Source: Selaginella moellendorffii
Lineage: Eukaryota > Plantae > Lycopodiophyta
Assembly: GCF_000143415.4 (NCBI RefSeq)
Contig: NW_003314320.1
Location: forward strand, 556,586-620,585
Direction of reading: 5' to 3'
Length of the DNA stretch: 64,000 nucleotides
Position numbers and translations under genes: made by a program. Under the pieces are notes generated by a model, which saw only the letters and a program-made list of their open reading frames with translations, made no database searches and was not told the DNA's origin. Positions within the stretch are counted from its first letter, which is position 1; each line of letters starts with the position of its first letter. Shown in pieces: positions 11,413 through 21,283 of this stretch.

Positions 11413-12042
11413 TAAGTAAACAAATCAAATGATACATGCAACATGTAGCAAATTATTGTTTATAGAATGTAAATTTTTAATGGTTGTATTCATTTTTATA
11501 TTATCTCAAAATTATTTAATATAGCACGGGTTAGGTATATTCTTTTCAATAGTTTAAATTCCACTTTGCAATTTGAATGATTTAGATGTAATTTAAAAGT
11601 GAAATGCTATTACTATTTCCTCCAATATGACAGTTATAATTTTTCTTATTATCTATGCTGAAGTTATAATATTGTATACTATTATGGGATTTTGGTAGTT
11701 ATTAAATTGATTTCAATATAAACCACTCATTTTTATAGCATCTTTGATCATTTTTAGAGAGTTGATGCCTTCAACTAGCTCAGTGAAAGATGGGAAAAAT
11801 TCAGGGAGATAGTGAGTGAAAATCCACTTCCAATCACTTCGAAACTCCGGTTGAATCCATGAATTTCTGACTCCTCGCTCCTAGCTCGTGCAGAGCGCTG
11901 CTCCATAAAACAAATTTAAAAATATTTCAGTAAACCGATGAAAGAATATTTGGCGAAAAGGTAGTATATCCGTTTGTTTTGTATAGGGTTTGTGATTGTA
12001 AAAAAGGAATCAAGAACTTCTCACGAGCAGAGCAGATTGAAG

Positions 12043-12408
12043 ATGGTGGCGGTGGATGTTGAGCGGTATGTTGAGCTCAAGCGCATGATCGACGATTTGG
12101 CGATCGAGGCTGGTAACAATAGGAGGATCCGGGTGAAACAATACGATAGTTTCGACTTCGCGGACTATGATCACTGGGCCGAGACCAACAACAAGAGGGC
12201 GCTCAGGCCGGACTGCCATTACATGGAAGACGAGGTGGCGTTGGATCCTCCCCATGCCGACCGGATCACGCGGATGGTGGCCGTGGCGCTCCAGCAAGAG
12301 GAGGAAGAGAACAGGAGGCAACTGTCTAAGGAGGTGAACTACTTCACAAGGCAACTGGCGCTTCAGCAACAACAAGCCGGGCCGCCGAGCAAGAGAGCTC
12401 GCCACTGA
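12043..12408 (+). CDS. Hypothetical intronless 121-aa protein with C-terminal basic (NLS-like) tail
   Basis: GC3-rich ORF standing out from AT-rich flanks, good ATG context (aagATGG), telo-box TAGGGTTT at ~11984, AATAAA at ~12495; ends QQQQAGPPSKRARH. Confidence 0.6.
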   Translation: MVAVDVERYVELKRMIDDLAIEAGNNRRIRVKQYDSFDFADYDHWAETNNKRALRPDCHYMEDEVALDPPHADRITRMVAVALQQEEEENRRQLSKEVNYFTRQLALQQQQAGPPSKRARH

Positions 12409-13262
12409 TCATCGAATCATCCCCTTGAGGGACGAAAACAATCTTGTATCACAAGCATTAACAGAACTTGTGAACAAACCAAGCTCTTAGAAGCAATAAA
12501 CTTTTGTTGTTTGTACTTCATATACCTGGCAATGAAGAGATCTTTCCAGTTCTATGAGCTTTAATGGTGGTCCATCTCGGGGAATATGGCCGTGAGTCTT
12601 CCTTTAGCTAATAAGCCCTAGCTAGAGCTACGTTACGAGCGAAGGAAACGATGCCCAAGGTATGCTGTATTATTTGTGCAAAGAAAGTGCTCCAGTGACC
12701 TGGCTTGATCAAGAACATCAATACTCAATTGCTAAGATATACAGAGATTATGAACATCAGTTAGGAATTATGGAAGAGAGGATCAATAACGCGGAGGACA
12801 GGTGAAGAGAGGAAAAAACGAATTTCTACTTCCTCTTCTCAACTTTGTGATTGAGGAGAATAGCTTTTCTTTTTGTTGTATCTCATCGAATGCTTGTGTT
12901 CTCGCTCCCGCTTCACCGCTGCCCTTGCAAGTGAAAAACAACCAAACCATTGAAGTAACTGTTGTGTGCATCATGTTTTCTTCGAATCCAATTACTATTC
13001 TTACTCTCTCTGGTTCCAGTTGTGAGAACAAACATGAATTTAGAGACGAGTCATTTAAAATGAGTTCTTTCGAAGTGTGCTTATATAATATTATTTCTTG
13101 AGGCCTTGAGATCATCATTCTAGCACAAGAAGTTTTATATATCAATGACTCCTAAACAACCCGCTCAATAAAGTCCACTTCTTGAGATTGTCATGAGACA
13201 TGAGATTAGATATACTCCATCTTGACGGCTACGAACTATTGACAGCCGTTAGATGTCAACCA

Positions 13263-15431
13263 TCAACAAAGACCAAGCTCCGCGGCCTGGCGTCCTCGCT
13301 GATAGTCACCACAAACATTGTAAGATCCCAGCAGCGTCATCCACGCAGCACACTCGGGCTCAAACGGCATGCTCTTGACCAGCTCTTCCGCCAGCGGCAT
13401 CCATCCGGCCCTGCCAAGAACATCCACCAAGCACTGGTAATGCTGCGCGTCCGGGCAGCCACAGTAATCCTCCACCATCAAAGCAAACACGTACCTCCCC
13501 TCGGCCACCAGCCCGGCATGGCTACACGCGAACAAGATCGTGATGAAAGTTATGTGATCCGGCTCCACTCCTTCCAAGCACAGCTCGGACAAAAGGTTGA
13601 GAGCTTCCGCGGCGTGGCCATGGCGAGCGTAGGCCGCGATCATCGAGGACCAGCATATCACGTCCCTGTGGTCGCGCATCTCGTCGAAGAGCTTCCGGGC
13701 TTCCACCAGGCTGCCGCAGCTGGCGTACATGTTTACCAGCGCATTCCCCAGCGAGCCATGGATCTGGAACTTGGAGGAGATTGCTCTCGAGTGAACGAGC
13801 CTGCCCTGGACGAGATCCTTGGCTGCGCAGCAGGCGTCGGCGATGGCGACGAGAGTTATCTCGTTGGGCTTGACGCTGCTCTCGGCTCTCATCCTCGCGT
13901 AGATCTCCAGAGCTTGTCTGGCGTCGCCGCTCTGAGAGTAGGCTGCGATGATCGCCGTCCAGGTGACCACGTCCCTGGCTTCCATTGCGTCGAACACCGC
14001 TCTCGCCTCGTCCAGGCAGCAGCACCTCCCATACATGGTTATCAGCGCGTTCCCGGTGGCAGCGTCCGGCATGAGCCCCGAGGAAACGAGCCGCTGGTGG
14101 ATCTCCCTGCCCTGATCCAGAGCTCGCAGCCTCGAGCAAGCATCCAGCGCGGTGGTGAAAGTGATGCAGTCGGGCTGGACGTCCATCTTCCGGTAGAGCT
14201 CGAGAGCTTCCGCGGCACGGCCGTTCTGAGCGTACGCCGCCATGATCGAGTTCCACGACACCTCGCTTCTCTCGACGGTGTTGTCGAAGACGTCCCTGGC
14301 GGCGTCTAGATCTCCACACTTGCTGTACATGTGTACCAGCGCGTTTCTCACGACAACTTGGGCATCGTATCCAGCGTCAGCCACTCGGGCGTGGATGGCT
14401 TTGCCTTGTGCCAGATCCTGGAGAGCCGAGCAGGCAGTGAGAGCACTGAGGAAAGTGACCAAGTTGCGTTTCATACCTTCGGGTTCCATTCGATGGTAGA
14501 GCTGGAGAGCTCTCCTGTTCTGGCCCTGCTGCGTGAACGCCGAGATCATACAGTTCCACGAGAAGACCGTCTTGTTTTTCATGCTCTCGAAAACTCTCCA
14601 TGCATCGTCGCAGCTCCGACACTTGCTGTACATCCCGATGAGCGCATTCCCCAGCGCGGCACCAATCTCAAGTCTCCCGGCTGCTTCGATGCTCCTGTGG
14701 ATTTCTCGTCCCAGATCCAGGCTGCGCAAGCTCGCGCAGGCCTCCACAACGCCGAGGTACGTCACTTCGCTGGGCTCTAGCTTCTCCTCGTGGACCATTC
14801 GTCTGTAGATCTCCACAGCCTGCCTGCTATGCCCGTTTCGGGCATATGCTCCAAGCATGGCGCTCCAAGTCACGACGTTCTTCGTGGCGATCCTGTCGAA
14901 TTCTCTGCGTGCCTCCTCCGCGCTTCCACATCTGCCATACATGGTGATGAGAGCGCTGTGCAAGGAATCCGAGAAGAAGCCACTCTCTAGGACGTGAGAA
15001 TGGAGAGACTTACCCGGTTTGAAGCTGCCCAGCTTGGAGCATGCGCCAAGAACAAGGAGGAAGACGACGCTGTTCTCCATCTTCACTCCCTGGTTGGACA
15101 TCTCCCAGTAGAGCCGCACGACCTCCTTGCAATGCCCGTTCTTGGCATACGCGTTCATCATCAGGCCCCAGGAGAAGAGATTGCGGTGGAAGAGGGAATC
15201 GTCGAATACCTGGCGCGCGTCGCTGAGGCTGCCACACTTGCCATACATCTCCAGCAGGAGATTCGCGAGGAATGCGACCCTCTTCCCGCGGTAGAAGCTG
15301 CGAATGTGGCCGTGGACGCGCTTACCCTGTGAAAGCGCTCGCTCCTCGCCACAGCGGCGCAGGAGGTGGACGTAATCCGGCGATCGATGGGAGAGGCGCG
15401 TCGCGATCTCGGCGTCAAGATCGCTGCTCAT
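13263..15431 (-). CDS. PLS-class pentatricopeptide repeat protein with E domain, no DYW
   Basis: 722-aa intronless ORF with repeated NALI.MY.KCG....AR.VFD, W..MI.AYAQ.G and ACSHAG..EG motifs, plus C-terminal HY.CLVDVLGRAG...MPFEP...W.TLLG. Confidence 0.95.
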   Translation of the reverse strand: MSSDLDAEIATRLSHRSPDYVHLLRRCGEERALSQGKRVHGHIRSFYRGKRVAFLANLLLEMYGKCGSLSDARQVFDDSLFHRNLFSWGLMMNAYAKNGHCKEVVRLYWEMSNQGVKMENSVVFLLVLGACSKLGSFKPGKSLHSHVLESGFFSDSLHSALITMYGRCGSAEEARREFDRIATKNVVTWSAMLGAYARNGHSRQAVEIYRRMVHEEKLEPSEVTYLGVVEACASLRSLDLGREIHRSIEAAGRLEIGAALGNALIGMYSKCRSCDDAWRVFESMKNKTVFSWNCMISAFTQQGQNRRALQLYHRMEPEGMKRNLVTFLSALTACSALQDLAQGKAIHARVADAGYDAQVVVRNALVHMYSKCGDLDAARDVFDNTVERSEVSWNSIMAAYAQNGRAAEALELYRKMDVQPDCITFTTALDACSRLRALDQGREIHQRLVSSGLMPDAATGNALITMYGRCCCLDEARAVFDAMEARDVVTWTAIIAAYSQSGDARQALEIYARMRAESSVKPNEITLVAIADACCAAKDLVQGRLVHSRAISSKFQIHGSLGNALVNMYASCGSLVEARKLFDEMRDHRDVICWSSMIAAYARHGHAAEALNLLSELCLEGVEPDHITFITILFACSHAGLVAEGRYVFALMVEDYCGCPDAQHYQCLVDVLGRAGWMPLAEELVKSMPFEPECAAWMTLLGSYNVCGDYQRGRQAAELGLC

Positions 15432-15462
15432 CCAACCAAGAGCCCTAGAAATTTGAAGAACT

Positions 15463-18400
15463 TTAATTAATTTTTTCCACGGCCAAAACTTTCCATGGAA
15501 ACAAGAGCGCTGCGAAAGCTCCAGCTATGGCAGCGCCAAAAACTCCTGCGAGAGGACTGCTTGCGTGAAGTCCTGTTAACCAGCAAGGAGCTTTTGGCGA
15601 ATAGACCACGAATCCTCCGCAAGTGAGCACGAAGTTTGCAGCGATCAAGCCGGCGTGTAGTCCGATTGGAAGCGCCAAATTCCCGTTTGATCTGACGCGA
15701 GCACCCGCAAGAGCAACACCCATGAACCATAGTCCTGGTATTGCCGATGGTGACCTGAGATCAAAGGAGAACATATAGACCATGGAAAAAAGAGAATGAA
15801 AGCTACTTACCAGTGAACTATTGCAAACAAGAGGCTGGAGAGTAGTATGGCTTTCTGCTCGCCGAAATCGACCGAGATCTCTTCAAGCAGCCACGAGCGA
15901 AAGATAAGTTCCTCCACTGGTGCAATGACCACTCCCATTGCCAGTGCTTCGACTGTCAGCTTCGCTAGCTTTCCGATCGAAATTAGCGCCTGAGAGAATG
16001 AAGTCATTACCAGGAAGGAGGAGACGAGCTTCAAGTAGCGAAGCTGGGAAAGTAGGACGTAAAATAGACACACGACCCCACAACCGACTGCTAAGCCAGC
16101 TCCAAAGAGATTGAGCTGCAAAAGAAAGAGCGTTAGAACATTAGTGGATAAAAGAAGTTGCTTACTCTCTTCAGCCTGAGGCCATATTGGTGTAATGGCT
16201 GATCGAAGCCACGAATTTTCTTCCCCCAGATTATAATCAAAAGAATCAGTGCTCCATAAAAACCAAAAACGCAAGCGCACTGCGCTACCCCTCCAGACGA
16301 GTGCGATGCCCACTCGGTCAAAAGAGTGGGGAGCAATGGTAGAAAAATTGGAGACCACAGAAGTAAAACCATTCCCGAAAATCCCAGGAGCCTGCAAACA
16401 CAAAACTACGAACTCAAGCTTCAGCAGAAAAACTAAACCAAAGTACCTTCGATGCAACGGCATGGCAGCTATTTTGAAAAATACAAGCAGCCTCTCTGTT
16501 ACATTCATAGCACCACGTAAACCACCCCAAAGAAGTGCAGCCTTTCCAATGACATTTAAAAACCCGGCCTTCTGACCAATATCCGCTAGCATTGATATCA
16601 ACCTGTTGTTCAGTGTAACCAATACATTGCATTCAATAAAAAAGAAAGTAAGAAAATACCTTTCGTGGTCGACTTGGCCATCTTTGGTTGGAACCACGGG
16701 AGCGGCAATGGAAAAGGCCTTCTCCGCCATGCTAGTGACTATGTTATCCTTGTAGCAATCGTCGTCCCCATCGCCTTCTTGGCCGTCTCTTGATCCCGAA
16801 CGAGAGCTACCACTGCTGGCGAACGCAGCAGTAGCACCCATAGCAGCAGCAGTCACAGCTCCCACAACATTTCCGCAAAGACCCTTCTCAATCTCCTCGC
16901 TTGCAGCCACCGGATTGTCGCTAGTTGCTTCAGGTAGCGATTTCTCCTGCACTTTGATTTCTTCCTCCACTCGCTCGTTGTCGTTCTTTGTTGTGACAAC
17001 CACGTACGAGTTGACGAGGGATGCCAGAATGACCCCGACTAGCACCCCGAAAGGAACGACTTTCTGCAGAATGATAGTCCCCCGAAACGCCGACGCCACA
17101 GCATCAACCAGGCCTTCGGCCGAAAGAACCCGTCCAGAAGAGGTATCGACGTGACGTATTGCTGCTCTCGCGACCCCGGGAAGTTCCTCTTTCAAACCAT
17201 CTATAACACCTGGAGAAGCTGATCCGAGCCTTCTTCGTACTTCCACCTTCATGGCTTCCAGAACTATGTTTTCAGCTTGGGCCAAATGTTCCTCTGAAAA
17301 ACCATCATTCCTGTCGGAACCTTTGCAGTCGTGCAAAACAAATCCCGAAATCTTCGTTTTCTTTAGTCTGGTGTGGACATCTTTCACCTCGTCCACCTGT
17401 TCTAGTGTAGTTGTGCTCTTCGTAACTGCTGCCGCGTTTGCTACTTCTGGGTTTGTAAACTCGGACCTGGAGGAAGTCTCTAAAGGGAAGTTTGCTGACG
17501 ACTGAAAGACCAGCTCCCCCTCCTTCCTGTTTCCTGAAGTCGTTTCTGTATCACCCCTGTTGTTTCCTTGTGCCTGGGGCGCTTCGTTTCCATTCCCGCT
17601 TTCAATTTGATCGAGCATCCCTTCGAGTAATCCAAACACATTGTTGACAGCCATTTGCGTAGAATCATCAAAACCAGAAAATGCTTGAAATGCCTGTTGG
17701 ACGTTGATGGACGAGTTTGTTTGCTGAGCGGCTGGAGTGTTTTCAGGATTCCGGCTTGATACATCTGTTTCTGGCTTTGGTGGATCGGACGTATTTTCAG
17801 GCCGCTTTTGATTTTGGACTGCAGCTTCTGCATCTTTGTTCTCCTCAGTATCTCCTTTTTCGTCTGAAGCACTAGGCTGTTCTTGCTTTCCTCCTGGAAG
17901 AACTGCCGGTTCTGCGCCTTTTTTTGCATCAGATTCTGTGTTTCCCGTTCGATCGGATTCTTTTGTTGTCTCGGATTTGCCTTCTCCATCCGAGCCACCG
18001 GTTGGAGCAGGAGGGGTACTTTGCATGTCCCCCTTCGGCAAAGTTGGAGCCGGCACGGAGTCTCCAAAACCAACGAGCTTTAAACTTATACCGCGAGTTT
18101 GTACGGCAGCAGAGACAGCAGCAGCCATCTTTCCACGCACATCTTCAGGAACAGCATTTTGCAACGCTGTGATTACAGTCTCACCCCTTCCAACAGCATC
18201 CAATACCTGTGTTGACAAGAGCTTTAGCTAGAAAAAAACCGAGAAAAATTAAAAGAGAACCTGTTCTTTAGTTTCGGGAGATAATGTTCCTGGCATTGCC
18301 ATATCCAAAGCGCTGAAGACTGTTTGAGCAGCTTGTTTAGCTTGACCTTGCTCTGTCTCTTCATTCTGCTGACTTTCATTCTGCTGACTTTGCACTTCTG

Positions 18401-20186
18401 GCACTTGAGGTTCAGTCCCTTCTTTATGTTCAATCCCTTCAGTCCCTTCATTAGGTGCCCAGAAGTCTTCCTTTGACTCCAACGTTATGTACTCATTTCC
18501 TTCTTCGAGTAAACCTGTAGTCAAGTTCGTACTCCACCCTTTGGAAGGCTTTATTGCCAAATCTATTCCACGAAGTAACGGATGACGACCTTTCAGCAAT
18601 GCTATCTCCACAGCAGCAAGCCACTGGATGGAAAAGAAAGATGATTAGAAGTCGTACGTATAAAGTAAGTTTACCTCTAACACTATTTTGAAGTTGTAGC
18701 CGTCGTTTGGCGAGTACAGTAGCGTCGTGAAAGGATTCTCTTCAAATGCATTTTGTGGAATGGAAAACGGTGGAGCCGCAGTACTATCCTACATTCACAG
18801 AACAGTTGGCTACTTTGATAGTTACAACGTCAAAAGTGACACAAACCTGAATGCAGAGCAAAGGAGTTTGAATTCCATCGATAACATTACGACTGCTTGA
18901 ACTCCTGTAATAGCTTTCCAAAGACTTAAATCCCCTTGCTGGGCACGAAACGGCAGCCTCGAACTCCCTTACAGACGTAGCTGCGAGACCACCAGTTATG
19001 TCCATGTTTGCTTGTCCTTGGAAAAGAAACTAGAAACCAGTATTGAAGCAAACAATCTTTCTTCTCATGAAGTACCTTGTTCGACCGTAGTATTTGAACG
19101 AGACCATCAGTCAGCTCCCTGTCAAGACCAGCAGCACGATTCCGCTTCATGTATTTCGTAGCCTCGTCCAGATCAAACGGGTTATTGATACAGACTGCCG
19201 CTGTAAGAGGTGTCAAGTTCTCCTCTCCAAGATATTTAGCCAGCATATTTGCACCGAAACCCCATCCAATTCCTAGGAACGTTGTCCACGGCCTGCAGCG
19301 AGCAATATAGGACACTGCTGTGCGTACATCGTCACTGTCACCAGCAGAGAAAATCCTGCTCGAAGAGACAGAAAAATAGAAAAGAATGTTTGGACGTAAG
19401 AATAACTTCACAAACATACCTTGGTGTTGTAAGCGGCGAGTTTCCACATCCTCTGGGATTCAGAACCACAGAAAAGTATCCGCTTTGTAAGGCTTCTTGA
19501 GCGAAAATCTTGACCGCCTCGTCTTCGCTTCCTTTGAACGTCCCGGGAATGAGCAGCAAGGTGGTGTCAAGACCGTGATCACCATCCAGATCGAGATAAG
19601 CCGGCCAGTCGAGAGCAAGACTTCCACCATCCTCAGTCCATATACATTTTCGTTGATACTCCAGCGTCTTCCTGCCATCCTTGTTGCCTTGCAAGCTTTC
19701 GCTTCGAACCGACACTACCTGGTGGCTCGAAAGTTCCATCTTCTCATAAGAGTCGTCCGGAGAACTCGAATCGAAAATGATCGACGGCCACCTTGCCACC
19801 ACAAATCTGTTGAAAGGCGATGGATTGAGAGTGAGGAGCCAGTAATCCGACAACTTGTTCGGTGGAATTTTTCTTTCTCCGCTGCTGCCTGGTTTGTTTG
19901 ATTTGCTGCCAGCAATCGAAGTTCCAGCCACCGCTGTGAGAGCTATCGCCAGGAATCCCATCGCCGATGTGCTCGGCATTGCCATAAGGAACTCTTGCAA
20001 GCTGTTTAAGCTGCTCCTCACATCGAATTCCACCAGGGAGAAGATATCCATCGGCCCAGCACTCATGCATGCCGTTTTGCGAAGGAGAAATCCCCTCGAT
20101 AGTAGCTTGGATGCCAGAAATCTCCGATGAGCCCGAAATCCCTCATGGATTGGCACTGCCGACCACATTCCGATCGAAATATCCAT
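15463..20186 (-). CDS. Multi-exon alpha/beta-hydrolase plus CAAX amino-terminal protease (Abi/CPBP) family protein, likely plastid-targeted (At2g03140-like)
   Basis: N-terminal ABHD-like motifs (DGG.LALDWP, LLIPG, NPRGCG.SPLTTPR, SDDVRTAV..I...RPWTT, VREFE), VPEDVRGK, AEKAFSIAAPVVPTKDGQVDHERL, and C-terminal VEELIFRSWL / LPIGLHAG. GT-AG introns are visible; the start codon is tentative. Confidence 0.9.
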
Positions 20187-20487
20187 CGCCAGTGGACGAT
20201 AGATGTCAAATCCTACCACTGGCTGCTCAAGAACATTGAAATTGCCGTTGCCGCATGAGAATCCATGCCAGAAACAGGGGATAGATCCTCCAGGGCGCCA
20301 TGAAGTACCTGAGAGTTAAGAGATATCGCAGCGCCATCACGCTCGACGCGTGGAACCCTAGCCGGACCACCGACACGCGAGAACACACACGAGAACTGGT
20401 TCACGTTAATAGTTTTGAGTATTTCGAAGCTAATAGGTACACCACAGGTAAAGAGATTATATTTCTTTCTTGTTGCAAGCCATGCTA

Positions 20488-21283
20488 CTATATTTCCAGG
20501 GATTTTCTCACGCACTGGCGAACTCTCCTGGAATGAAATTCACAACCATCGATCAGAGACCAAAGCCAAAGCCAAGACCACGAAAGAAACATCACGATTT
20601 CTACCTGTTGTATGCTTGGAGATCGTTTTGATACATATGAGCAGCTTCCGGATTCGCTGGACTCGCGGGATTTGGATCAGTAAGAAGTGACTGGCACAAC
20701 ATAGCACGAAGAACACCATTGTTAGAACAAAACTGGAAGAACAAGCCTGCAAAAGGAGAACTTTACCTGAATGGATGTGAGAATCGTGCTCACGTTATGG
20801 CAGGGAGACCAAGCGTCCTGGATGATATCCATACAGAGAGCGCCATCACTGTAGACTGGAGGATCAAAGCGTTTTAAAAAGAATGGAAAACTAACGTTCG
20901 CGAAAATCCGTCACAGACTTACCATTGGGATGGAAAACTTCCGACGTGAATCTTACGCGCGGTGGCTTTGCCGGATAGTGCTCGCCAAACGTGAGACGAA
21001 GTGGCAAGATCGCTCCTGCGAGATTTGATTCCATCAAACGTAAAAAAAAGAAAAAAAGAAAAAGGGAAAGAGAAATTCTCATAAGTACCTTCCCACGGGG
21101 TTTCATCCGGCCCAAACACCGTCGCTCCCCACACAAAGAGATTCTCTTCGCCTTGAGGGCTCGCGCTACATCCCTGCTAAGAAGAGATCAATCCAATTCC
21201 ATCAGCTACAATCATACCTCCGGCGGCTCCTGTTGGATCGCTTTGAGGTCGGACATGAGCCGCAACTGCGCCGAGGACAGCAT
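20488..21283 (-). CDS. Ubiquitin-conjugating enzyme E2, RAD6/UBC1-3-like (6 exons)
   Basis: Exons 21283-21218, 21173-21089, 21015-20923, 20855-20767, 20690-20605 and 20527-20488 splice to MLSSAQLRLMSDLK...FGPDETPWEG...[22 protein letters not shown]...SLLTDPNPASPANPEAA...RRVRQCVRKSLEI*. Confidence 0.93.

Noticed and set aside
12783-13145. 120-aa minus-strand ORF downstream of the PPR as a possible DYW exon
   Set aside because: It has no PG box, HSE, CxxC or DYW-like motif.
13200-14309. Long + strand ORF (369 aa), and similar antisense ORFs at 46804-48171 and 57720-58574
   Set aside because: They are antisense shadows of GC3-rich PPR genes, with no independent motifs.
15807-18218. 803-aa ORF as a separate gene
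   Set aside because: It is a large internal exon of the CAAX-protease gene read through introns and partly out of frame.
19250-19280. GWGFG in place of the GxSxG hydrolase nucleophile
   Set aside because: As I recall, this substitution is typical of the At2g03140-like family, so it is not specific to this locus.
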